A stretch of DNA of 64,000 nucleotides from Magallana gigas (taxonomy: Eukaryota): NCBI RefSeq assembly GCF_963853765.1, contig NC_088859.1:28768001-28832000 (forward strand). Reading direction: 5' to 3'. A program made the position numbers and the translations under genes. This document shows, piece after piece, positions 36,014-48,800 of this stretch (position 1 is its first letter; each line of letters opens with the position of its first letter). The notes beneath the pieces were generated by a model. That model saw only the letters and a list, made by a program, of their open reading frames with translations. It had not been told where the DNA came from and ran no database searches.

Positions 36014-36322
36014 TTACTTATTATTACCATTTAGAAGTGTCCTGGTATTTTTTACACTTAGAGTTGATTTGTTAGAATTTACACTAGCACGTGTCTGTCT
36101 GTGAGAGCTACTTAGATGTGACCGTCTTGAACTCAGACTTCCGGTTTGGTTTGATCTGAATGACACTGCCCATGAACGATGGGAGTTAAATGGCGACGAC
36201 TTGGAAACACTGGCATAGCGCGAGGCCATATGTCCGAACCTTTGGTTTCTGTAAGGAAAGTAACTTCTCAAACAACAGCAGCAGCAAGGGAAACAGGAAT
36301 ATACGAGAGCAACAAGATCGTT
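36014..36322 (-). CDS. GPCR paralogue A exon 3 (helix 8 and C-tail)
   Basis: TTGCAG|AAC; NDLVALVYSCFPCCCCCLRS...NGNNK*. Homologous to paralogue B exon 3 (xDLVxL...FP...CLR). Confidence 0.85.
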   Translation of the reverse strand, partial: NDLVALVYSCFPCCCCCLRSYFPYRNQRFGHMASRYASVSKSSPFNSHRSWAVSFRSNQTGSLSSRRSHLSSSHRQTRASVNSNKSTLSVKNTRTLLNGNNK

Positions 36323-39300
36323 CTGCAATAAAGAAATAAAAACAAAAGTTATAAAACTGTGCAGACGAAGTGAAGACTGATGACTTTTTTTATTGATCAA
36401 AGGTCAAATTTTCCTTGAATTGATTGGATGAATTGAATTTGTTGTAAAACGCCCGAGGAAGTTTTTTATTTATTCTTGAAGTACTCAAATAAAAGCATCA
36501 TGTATTCATTTGAAATCAAGCGTATTGTGGTGACTAATTGGGTTTTATAAACGAACCAAGAACTAGTTGTTTACCAGCCACTCCGAATAAAACAAAGTAA
36601 ACATCCTAGATCATTTCTTCAAACCGTTTTATTGAACTCAATAATTATAATGGAAATCTTTAAAAAAGACGACGAATATTTTGGATACGGCAGCTTAGTT
36701 TGCTTTGCATTTTTAGAACCTGTAGTCTCTTGGGTATTGAACTGTGCGGTTGCTGTATCTAAAGGATTCCCTCAGATCCTTCATCAACATTCGAACGACG
36801 CACAAAGCGATACATACAAAAATTCTAGGAGGCAGGCAGATAGCTTGTTCTTCAGGAACCGGAAATGATGATGCTTCACTCAGCCAATTTGTTATAGCCA
36901 TGGAAGGTCGGTGATCTTTAAACACGGTGAAGTAAAAACAATTGTCCAAGTTACTCTCCATTGATCTTGGTATAATGATGTACACAAGCGCAGATCAATG
37001 AAAGGGAGTTGTGATTGATTCAAGATATTTTTCTTTTGTTATAGATTGAGTTGAATATAGAAATAAAGGGGATGTGTGGGTTAGGGAAGTTGCTATTATG
37101 TTTTGCAACAATTGCAGTTTTATTTTTATTTATTTATTTTTATTTTTTATAAAGTTTGATTGAGATTTTTCCTTCTCTCGAAAATTCTTCTTGTGTATGA
37201 GAGAGAAAGAAAGACATAAATAAAAATAAAATAAATTGATACCTGTTCCTTTAGTAAGGATGAAAAATTTTGCTATCCGCTGTGCCATCCGTCGGACGTA
37301 CGTTAGCCTTATTGATGCAGTTTTACTAGGGCTATCTATTATTTTACTATAATTTTTTGCATAGACAGACTAACATAGACAGACTAACATAGACAGACTA
37401 ACAAAAAGAAAGACAAAAGAACAGTCATGAAAAAAAATGTCCTCAATCTCTGCCCACGAGGCGAAAATTAAATAAATATGTGCCATGAATTGCATCAGCA
37501 GGCGGCTAAAACGTCATAGAGATTCATTTATCCTTGTAAACATTACTCATAAATAGAACCTAATCGAATATAATTTCACAGAAAAAAATTCGTTTATGAT
37601 GTTTGGAACTCTGGAGTAAAATCATTAAGTATATTTCTTTTTTTTTCTCAATAAAAACCATAAAAACAGTATGAATTGCATTTCATAACAAGGCCTCTTA
37701 AGTATCGAGAGACATTTATTTTTGCTAGTGCATTCACGAACGAACTGAAATGATTCTTAATATGAGAAAAGATTCCAAAGTTTTAAGTTCGTACCAAAAA
37801 AAACCCCCTCAAAATATATTTAGATGACGAAGACTACTTCGATTTCCTGTAACTTATACTACGCAAAGCTCTAGCAAGAATAAGAAAGACAAAAATTCCA
37901 CAGACAGATATCTCAAAAAATAGCAGAGACAAATCAATTCCTTTCGGACTTTTAACTGAGGTGTCGGATTGGTTTTCCGTTCAAACCTNNNNNNNNNNNN
38001 NNNNNNNNNNNNNNNNNNNNNNNNNNNNNNNNNNNNNNNNNNNNNNNNNNNNNNNNNNNNNNNNNNNNNNNNNNNNNNNNNNNNNNNNNNNNNNNNNNNN
38101 NNNNNNNNNNNNNNNNNNNNNNNNATAACGATAAATGGTCGTTAATCAATGTTGTTTGTCGTATGCTTTGGCAAAAAATGGGAATCAATAGTGTGAACGA
38201 TACGATTAACCTAGTATTTTTTTGTCAGGGAGGAGGGGGTGGATTTGAATTATGTCGGTGAAGAGGCAAAGGTTTTGAAAAAGGAACAGCTGAGTCTTCA
38301 AATATTAGAGATTATTTTGTTTGTACTACACTGTTACCGATATCAATTCATTCCGACAACAATCTAAGAAAGCGAATAGCTATTGCAGCTAAGAGGCGCA
38401 GCTATTTTCATGTAGTTTAGCACTATTATAATTGAATCTATTCTACCGATATACACTTTGCGCCAATAATTTACCTTCGGTGCATTGTTTCACAAAATTA
38501 TGGAGACGCTATTCCGAAAACTAACGTTTGAGAAAGCGTAGAGAAATACACTGTCTTTTATGTTATGTGTCATGAATAACAAGAAAAATATGTCAATGTG
38601 ACAGCAAATCGGGTTTTCTTTTGTGTGAACAGTACTTATTATCTATTTGTCAACCTGATCTATCCCGAGAAATGCGTCACCCTATATGCAATATTTTGCC
38701 CCCAAAAAATAACCAAGTTCAACAGGTGGTATTTTTTTCCCAATAAATCATCAAAATTCAAACTCCAAATACTATGCACATGTACAATTGATCTGCAAAA
38801 CAACATCTATCTTGAAAACTGTAGGAGGGGTTATCCTACAATAGAGCTACCCTATATGCAGTATTATGCAAAAAAAAAAAAAATTACCAATTTTAACAGG
38901 TGGTTATTTCACCATTTTAAAAGCCGGATTTTTTCCTTTCGAAAACCCGTTTAAAATGGAGTTAAATAACTGTACAGTTAGATGAAGGATTTCCTTAAAG
39001 TTTGACTGAGCATTTGCTTGCTGTGAGTTTGTCGAAGGATTCGCTAAGTATGTGTTTTATGTAGAATTTGCTTTCTATTGAACGATATGAACACCTTGAA
39101 TTTGACAAAGGATTTTATCTTATTGGTCTGAAAAGGCATGATAAATTCCAATGAAAGATTGTATAAAATGTCCTCGTCTATGGAAAAATAAATATATAAA
39201 ATATGATACATGTATCTGATCTAACACATGGCGTATTTAACAAAAAAAAACCCAGTAAAAATCATCCTCATTCATAGAAATGAAAAATGGAATTAAAAAC

Positions 39301-40774
39301 TGACTTTTCGTATAAATGTATCATGTCAATTTACAATATCATGTATCTTTTGACAATCATAAATTGATAATAAGTCAAAGTCTTCATACATGTATATGTT
39401 ATTTATTTTACCAGTTAAAATTGTTCTGTAAAGGTTTTTTGCCATAAAAGCGTTTCTTGATACAAGTTATCCTATACGTTGCTTTGACTGTGCATTGCAT
39501 TGCATGTAAACTACAACCAAATTCATGATTTGGGACCATGACTTAAGTAAATGGTGAATATGTTTGATCGAGAATTTGATAAAGGATTTGTGGAATTTAT
39601 ATAATTCTAGGCAGCGAAAAAGTGTCTTTTTTGCTGGATTGAACATTTCGTTTAATTAAAAGGGGGAAGAAACTCAGTATATGTTGTACAATTAATCAAT
39701 TAATTATCATCTACTATAAGTGTAAATTGTATTTAGTTATTTTCATCAAAAACCCCGGAACAGTGAAAAAATTTAGAAAACTGATCGCTTAATTTGAATT
39801 TCCCGCCGCTCTGGGAGCTGCCATTTAACTTCAATCTATGACGTCACACCATCTATTCGGTTTGTTTTATCAATATTTCACAATAATTTAATTCTGGTTG
39901 TAACGCGCTTTCTGATTGGCTAAAAAATTATTTTATCGTATAAAGAATGTTGCCTACGTCATAGTAAGACTAACGCCAAAAACGTATCAATACGCCTGAT
40001 GCTACGTTTGAATTTTGCACAGTTTTACGTCATTTTTAAAAAAATGACCGTTTATATCTACAATGAAGAGTAAAAAAAATTAAATCATAAGCAATGAATT
40101 CAATATTTATTAGTTTTATACGATATAAAATGGTTTGAAACAGTTTACGCTTTTTATAAACCGCTTCGTGCTTTATAGAGCGTAAACTGTCTCAAACCAT
40201 TTTTTGTTTTCCCTTGGACTGAAATGTCACATTTTCATTGGTTTAAACATAGCACGTGATTGCCTCATATATCTCTATATTTGTTCTGTGAGAAATAATA
40301 TTAGGCAATATGGCCGTCATTGGTCGACGCTTCGCTTACTCATTTCGACATTTCATAATATTTTATACATAAACTGCATGCTGTAAGTTCTTAAAGTATT
40401 TGGAGTTGTTGCCCTTTGAAATTCTTTAAAATTAGAGTAGTTGTCCTTAGAATATTGACGTCACATTGTTTTGTCTGGAGCAGAACAAAATGGCAGCGTC
40501 GAAATTTGCTCAAATCTCTGCAGAGGAAAGGGAGAAAACATTTGAAATTGAATAGCAACAAAACATTGTAAGTAAACATGGGTAAAGCAAAGATTTTGAA
40601 AGAGTATTTGAAAGGTGAGATGAAAATTTTGAAGAGTTTAAATAAGTTAAATTGGACGAGATGTAAGGCATCTTGTACATGGCTTTGCGTAGATCATCGC
40701 TATTTGTGAATAAATATGTCGCTTGATAGTCCTCGAGAAAACAAAACACTTATTAGGTTAGTTATTGACTCACT

Positions 40775-40807
<33 letters not shown>

Positions 40808-40824
40808 AGGCTCGGCTTCGCCTC

Positions 40825-40861
<37 letters not shown>

Positions 40862-42827
40862 AGTGAGTCAGTAACTAACCTAATAAGTAATAATATCGTA
40901 TAAAACAAATAAATATTGAATTCATTCCTTAATTAATATTATTACTTATTAGGTTGGTTACTGACTCACTACGGAAATATATTGGGTTGACCAATCTCAT
41001 AGATGGCGAGATTTCCGTAGTGAGTCAGTAACTACATGTAACCTAATAAGTGTTTTGTTTTCCCGAGGACTATCAAGCGACATATTTATTCACCAATAGC
41101 GATGATCTACGCAAAGCCATGTACAAGATGCTAAACATCTCGTCCAATTTAACTCATTTAAACCCTTAAGAATTTTCAATCTCACCTTTCAAATACTCTT
41201 TAAAGTTTTTTGCTTCACCCATGTTTACTTACGATGTTTTGTTGCTTTTCAATTTTAAATGTGTACTCCTTTTCTTCTGCAAAGATTTGAGCAAATTTCG
41301 ACGCTGTCATTTTGTTCTGCTCCAGAAGAAACAATGTGACGTCAATATTCTAAGGGCAACTACCCTAATTTTAAAGAATTTCAAATGGGAAACTACTCCT
41401 AAGAACTTACAGCATGCGGTTTATGTATTAAATACTATGAAATGTCGAAATGAGTAAGCGAAACGTCGGTTAATTGACGGCCATATTGCCTAATATTATT
41501 TCTCACCGAACAAATATAGCCTAGAGATACATGAGGCAATCACGTGCTATGTGTAAACCAATGAAAGTATGACATTTCAGTCCAAGGGAAAACAATTAGT
41601 AATATTTAGTATAACTACATTTTATTTAGTTTTTTAATTATTTAATAGAAATAATTCATATTTTTGGTTTTTAATACAAAAGAGTTCTACAAATGTCAGC
41701 CTCCTGTAAATACGATTTCTCTAACTTCAAACGTGCATTAAAGCTTAATTATGTACATGTACATGTAGTTTATTTTCAAAACAGCATGATCACGTGATAA
41801 TTTAAACCACTTTATTAGTGTAAATAAAATATATTTTTGAATTTCCTTCCCTTTTAATCTATATCAATCTTCCAAACACATTATTTGATCCCTAGACGAA
41901 AAGTTATAAAGAAATATGCAGGAAAATCAAGAATATTTCTCTTTTGGGGATGAGGAGAATAGATTGCTCACCTGAGAATTGAGCAAAAATGTGATCGTTT
42001 TATGGTTTACAGAGTGCTAGAATCAATACTAATATCTAAATGTAACGATGTGGAAATTGTAAAAAAAATAAATGAGGTCGTTCACTTAAATTAAACTAAT
42101 GTACGATAAATTACAAAAAACATCGAACGACCCAGATTTCATTGAAGTCAAATGCACACATGCGTAGTTGAGGCATGTGACCGATCCGCAATGAAAGCAG
42201 AACAAACAAGGAAGATGATGCTAATATAGGTCGCCTTCATTCGTGACTTCGTTTTATCTCTCATTGCGGTCACGAAAGCACCGTTAAAAGAAATTTATAT
42301 TTCTTTACCTCCATCCCATACAGCAGAATATTATCGCCAGATTAATGTGTAATGTGAATAAATCGCTATCACGCATTATAGACAAGGGATTATATGCCCT
42401 TGTATTAGACCCGCACAAGTGAACTTTTACACTTTGTAAGCGGACACTCCTGTATACGCACGCTGTGGACGAAATGTTGCTAATTATTGAACGTTATCAA
42501 CAGTAGCTCGCCAAGATCTGGATATTCAATTGTGATTATTGACAAATGCCTTGGGATTAGGGTGATATATGACCTTAAGTGTCACAGGAATGGTTGTATC
42601 ATTCGTATAAAATCCTTTAACAGATTAATTTGCCAATTCCTTTTTATTGGCGAGAAGGAAATCTGAGAAAAAAGTCGATGCTTAAAAACATACACAAATG
42701 TTTTCTTTATTTTTTCTTTTAAAAAGTCCGCATTTCTTTTTCTATTCATCTGTTTATCTGCCCCTCTCTGTCTCTCTATCTATTTATCTACTAACTAGAT
42801 AGATATATAACTAGATAGATAAATAAC

Positions 42828-42861
<34 letters not shown>

Positions 42862-45800
42862 TGTTATAACAGTTACTGTATTCGACATTTAAGGATTACA
42901 GAGGCCATACATATTATCAAAGTATTTAATCTTTGTAATCAAACGATTGTGATATCTATTAAAAATTAGACACTTAAATGACTTGTTTTGTTATCTAATA
43001 AATTTTATAATTTATAAAAGATACAAAGAATTAATGAAATCATATTTGTTGGGATTTTCTTGCAATTTTTTTTTTACCTTTCTAACGTACTTTGACATGA
43101 TAATTAATTTTAATATTTAAAATGCTGAATATATTTTTAAGAAATTCCAAGACTTCCAAGACGAAATTAAAAAAAAATAAAATACATTTTCATTTCTTAT
43201 AGAAATTTGATTGCCTTTAACTGATCATGAACTTTTAGTAAAGGAGTTGTCTTTCTTACATTCATCATATTGAATTAAAATAATTTCGACCATTCGAAGA
43301 CAGAATAACCAATCAAAGTGGTCCGTAGAGAAATCGTGCATTTCTTCATGAAACAGAAGCTTGCAAGTCTTTTAAGCACAAGAAACACAAGCCTGACCGT
43401 AAATTACCATCAAGCAAAACGAAACAATGGATGCGAGCAGACGTGCCATACTCCTGAGAAATATTTTTTAATCTTCAGTCTGACTATCTAGTGTCAGAAA
43501 AAAAAAATAAAACTGACATTGGGGATAATGAGCTTTCATCCACTAAAACGTTTGTATGAATTATGATGCCATTGTTCTAAAAGAATCAAAACGAAATTAA
43601 AGCTAACCAGAAGACAATCATCAGCACATATTTAAATGTGCATATTACTGGCATGGCCTAGACGAACAAGTTTAAAAAACAGATTGGATTTATCTTAATT
43701 ACATGAACTTTAAATTTCTAGATCTCCCTCTTCGTTCAAATTAGGCCTAAAAAAAAAAGTTGTGTGTTTAGGGTAACCCGACCTAACCTACAAAAATGCC
43801 CCTATCCTACGATTTTTAGATGTCTATTTTTATCCGATTGTGAATTTTATATTATTCCTATATAAAAACACGTTTTTAAATATGACACAAACTAACATTC
43901 TTAGGATTCATGCAGAAAAAAAAATGATAAAATAAAAAAATACCTACCTACCTAACCTAATTTTTTCATCAGTGTTACCCTAAACACACAATTAAATGTT
44001 ATACACTAGTATTTTAATCTACTGCCCAAGATAAAACAGGACAACACAACGCAGTTTATCTTGAATCACGAGTAGGAATGTACGGTACATATAGCTCCGA
44101 AGAGAAAACGTGAAATTTTGATGATGGTCAACTGCTGTGTTTTTTAACTTGAACATAATAAAACATTCGTTGATTAAGACAATAAAATCATTACATTTAA
44201 AAAAAAAACGTCAACGCATTGCTTTTGAATGTTAGCTTATAATTACTGAATGCTGTTATATCATTTTGTGGATGACTTTGGAAATAATTGCCATTACAAA
44301 TTAAGAATAAAACTTGAGAGGAAGTTGTGATAAACGATTTTGAAAATTGCTTACTATTAGGCATTACAAATGGGTGTTGTTTTTCGTTGTTTATATTTGC
44401 GTTTTTGGTATTTCTTCTATGAATTTAAGAAAAACTTCTTTAACTATCGAGCAAGATTGAGACTTAGCAGATGTTATTCAAACTACAATTGCACTCCTAC
44501 ATGTTCTGTTAAATTCAAAAGAAAAACGACGAAAAACACAATTTTTCATCCCCGCCGCAAAACTCTAAACTCAAACGAAATGACATAAATGCTGAAAAAA
44601 TACGGAAAGCATTGACCTGAAATGGATGTTGCAACTTAATATTTTCTCAGAAATATAAATTACATAAGGACGTTGGGATAAAAAGTGAAATATTTGGTAG
44701 CACAAGCAATTTTACCCGAAATATGGAGTTTGTAAAGCTGTATATGATTGGATTGGCAAAACTGTTGGCCATGGCTAACCAGTGTGCTGATATGTAAATG
44801 GCGGCAATGTTGTCGTCTGCTCGGCTAGATGTTTCGGTCCGGAAGTTCAATATCACATTTAAGATATGAAGTGGCATCCAGCAGACCCCAAACATAGCAA
44901 CGACAACGATGAGCATCTTAACAACCTGTCAGGAAGAAAGTGAGTAGGATTAAGCAATGGTGATTGAGTATTTAGAATAGAGTAAATCACTACTAAACCG
45001 ACCCAGTCTGTTTGCACTGTTCTGTGGGTCAAAGATAAAATATGGTCATTTATATGTTGGCTCTGTATACTAACCAGGGGCAATAAACTTTTGATAGCCG
45101 TGTAAGAAGTTGACATAGTAAAATAGAAAAAAAGTTGGTTTTATAAAGCATCGATAAGAACTTGTCGTGTTTCTAAAATAACTACTTGAAGACGATTCAG
45201 GCAAATCTTAAGAATAACGTTTCCTCAATTTACAGTAAATCTTTGCCCCAATCGACAAAAGCAATCAAGGTTTCCTATCGGATATTGGTTTCCTTAAGCT
45301 AGCAGATCGTCTGGGACATTACGACCCGTTTTTTTCTTGTCTGCAAAATGTTTCAATTTTACTTCGATAAAAATATTTTTTTTTGAAAAAGAATGCTAAA
45401 TGTATGATGGTTTACATTATTTTAGGGCTCATAAGGCTGAACAGAGATAATCCGCTGTTAATGTACTTTACAGCTTAGATGTCAACTTTATGATATTTCT
45501 GTTCTACATTATCCATTATCATATAATTCTAAAAATATATGAGTACTATATGTTTGTAAAAATAGATTTTGAAATAAAACCGGAAGCCACCCCCCCCCCC
45601 CCTGTGGCTCCTGCCCTGTTTACTATAATGAATTTGCAATGTGCAAAACCTTCACCCTGTTAGGGTTCTGTATTAGATACTACTTTTATGTCTCTGGATA
45701 AATAAATGTATGAAAGGGTCAGTCATGAATCAGGATTTAAACTTTTTTTATGACAGTATGAAAAATTAGCATGGAACGGTGAATTTAAATGTATTTTTTT

Positions 45801-48800
45801 TTTAATTTTGTGTTTTGTTTTTCTAACCCTTTTCTTCAGACAATTCAATTCTAATTACTGTGTATACAAGAATCATAAAATGATTTTCAATTATTTCAAA
45901 CTTTAAATTCAAATTAAAAAAAAAAGTTTTCCTCACGATACATCGTTGGGTCAAAACGATGGTCGGTAAAAGGTTAGACTACTGACAAGCAGATCCAAAG
46001 TTCGAATATGAGACCTTTTTTTTTTTTTTTTTTTAATGCAAGTCCCCTGCCCCAAAGTTATCTCTAATGTTATTTTGAATTAGCACTTATGCAAGAGTAT
46101 TATATCTTTTACGAACACGCTAGTTTGTGATTTTTGAGAGCGTGGAACTCTTTTCGTATCAACTGTCCCAGATTCCTTCCTTCCATAAGTACAAAGGGTT
46201 GTACTATAGCGTTTTTTCCACCGGAATAACTGCGGCGATAAATTCGTTTGTCATTTTTTCATTAATGAATAGAGAAACTTAATTGCCGGGCCTACGAACT
46301 GCCATTTATCAGTGGATCTCACAATTAGAATAAAAGCATACTCAGCACTCTATTATAGAGACGCTTTTTAATTCATTACATGCATTTAATCGGTAAAAGT
46401 TCCCGCTCGAACACTCCAAAAATACAATAATAGAATGAGTGCTTTTAAATACGACATGGAATTAACGTTGTAGATTACTTTTTGTTATGGTTGTATTATG
46501 TTTAGAATTAATATTGATTGTATTTGGCTGATTCAGATGCATGTTTCCCGGAATTTTTATAACTGATGTTCCATTTGACATGTATGAAAATTTCAATATG
46601 GTACACGTCCAGCTTGGAAGTCTTTTTTTTTACAAATTGGAAAAAATACTTCCACACAACCTCTTTAACATTGTTCAACTTTTATATGGTATTTTATATA
46701 GAATTAAAAAAATCTAACGCAGACAGCAGAAAACAATTGATTTCTTAATCATATTAAATTAAAAAAATCATATCGATACAAGCACGTGCACAAAACATGA
46801 CCTTGTTTTTAAAATCGAAATATATATATATAGTAAATGGTTAAGTTATTACTTGATAAAAGTAAAGACAGATTTCAATTTTGCAATTGAACAGTTCTCC
46901 AAGAGAAAAATTAAAAAAATTAAATAAGAAATTCTTCAATGTTCATAACTTTCATTAAAAGATAAAATTGATCGACGACAGACTTAAATGAAACTGAAAA
47001 TGAAAGTAAATCAAAATTCTCTGCGTGCAAAATCTAATTGGAAAAGGAAGACAAAATCTGAAAATTATCGACCCAACTCATCATTGCACTGGAGAATTAA
47101 CTTTTATGTCTGCCAACTTTCGACATTACAGCCCGCTTTATCAGAGCGTCAACTATTCATGTATATCAATCAATAATGACATATTCCATCATTACCTCAG
47201 AGTCGCTTATATACATGAAATGATATCACCAACAAGGGAGTCTAAAGTTCTCGGATTCAGGGTGAAACAAGTTTCCGTCGGCGAGCTTTACATGTATTTA
47301 CGACATTACGTTGTTCATTGATTCTGATATCGCAACCTGTCAAGCTTGATTGAATTATTAAATGCAATTTTGAATAAATTGTTACATAACAGTGAGCATT
47401 ATCGTTTATCATCGTTTCAATATTTACAAAATATAATTCATTTTCATCTAAAAAATACATTTCTTTGTTTGATTTTAGGTAAAGCTTCTGGTCTAAAATC
47501 AATTGGGGAGAAGTGATTAGACAGATGGTTAGTAATGATGTAGTGGGTTCATATCCTTACTCAGCGTCTCAGAAAAATTGAGTGTTATCTCTAGATCTTT
47601 TGCATTATATATTTGTATAATTTTAATGGATCTAAATTTGATTCTTAGAAAGTAAGATATAACCAACATGACTTACCACTGGCATCTTGTTAACTTGGTT
47701 TACATATGTATTCATTATTATTTTATGCGCAGTGTATTAAAAATTTCAAAAATTAATCATCAATCTGACATTAAAGTTAGTCTTATAATTAAGATTAATA
47801 AAGAATAGTAAAAAATTACTGGAATTTTGCTCATGAAGTTTGCAAAAAATATTTCTTGTAGACATCTATTTGAGGTTTTAATGTACATCGCTTCGTCAGT
47901 CAGGTACTTTTAATTTCAGTTTTGTCCCTCAAAATATATGAAATAAAACGTTTCTATAGTATTGATTAAACTTGTTTGGAATTTAATGCATCCAATACCA
48001 TTGAGAATTTTTTTTAAAGGGACAGAGTGGGGACACAGGAAAATTTCAATGCAATATTAAAAAAAGTCGTGACATATGAATGAATTATTGACTGTGTATG
48101 TATAACATGAATAATTGTATACCAGGCTAATAAAATATTGCCTATTATAGACAAGATGCAAAGCAGAGGAGAACAAGTCTTGGAAATAAGCTTTTTTTAA
48201 TACAAGTGACCTTAATTGTAAGGTAACGTTAAAAGAAAATATTCGGACAACAAATCCCCTGAACCGTGTCAAGTTACTTACTAGAACCCTCTAACTGTGT
48301 GAAAAACTTTTTTTCACATGGGATACAACTTTTCACCGTTCTTTGTTTTTAAAAAAACCCAGCAAGACACGATTTTATTTTAGTCTCATTTGCACACATT
48401 CCAAACAATAGATGGTTTTCTTCGACTCTTGCATTCACTGAACTGTCATATATTCTAAACTATATTTTTATACATCTTTATAGAAAAATATTCTCTCCAA
48501 CATCTATGACCAAAGAGAATACATAATAATGAATAGTCTTTATTACTTTAAAATACATTATTTTTTTCAGAAGTTTTCTATACTTGAATGCAATCTTTCC
48601 CTCCCCAAAGACATACAAGTTTCAGCCTCCGCTTAATGGATGGTCATCCGCCGTACAAATGAGAAAACATCAGAAAAAGCCTTCGATTCAGCTTCAAATT
48701 GTAAAATCATTTAAGACACGATTTAAAAAGTTCTAAGCTTTATTCTACTGACGTAGGTGAATGATATTCAAGTAAAAAAGAGTTAGGAACAACCACACCG

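Noticed and set aside
36632-36985. Overlapping 78-aa (+) and 90-aa (-) ORFs as a nested gene or alternative GPCR exon
   Set aside because: No recognisable motif and no similarity to either exon 3. Kept only as a candidate non-coding exon or promoter block.
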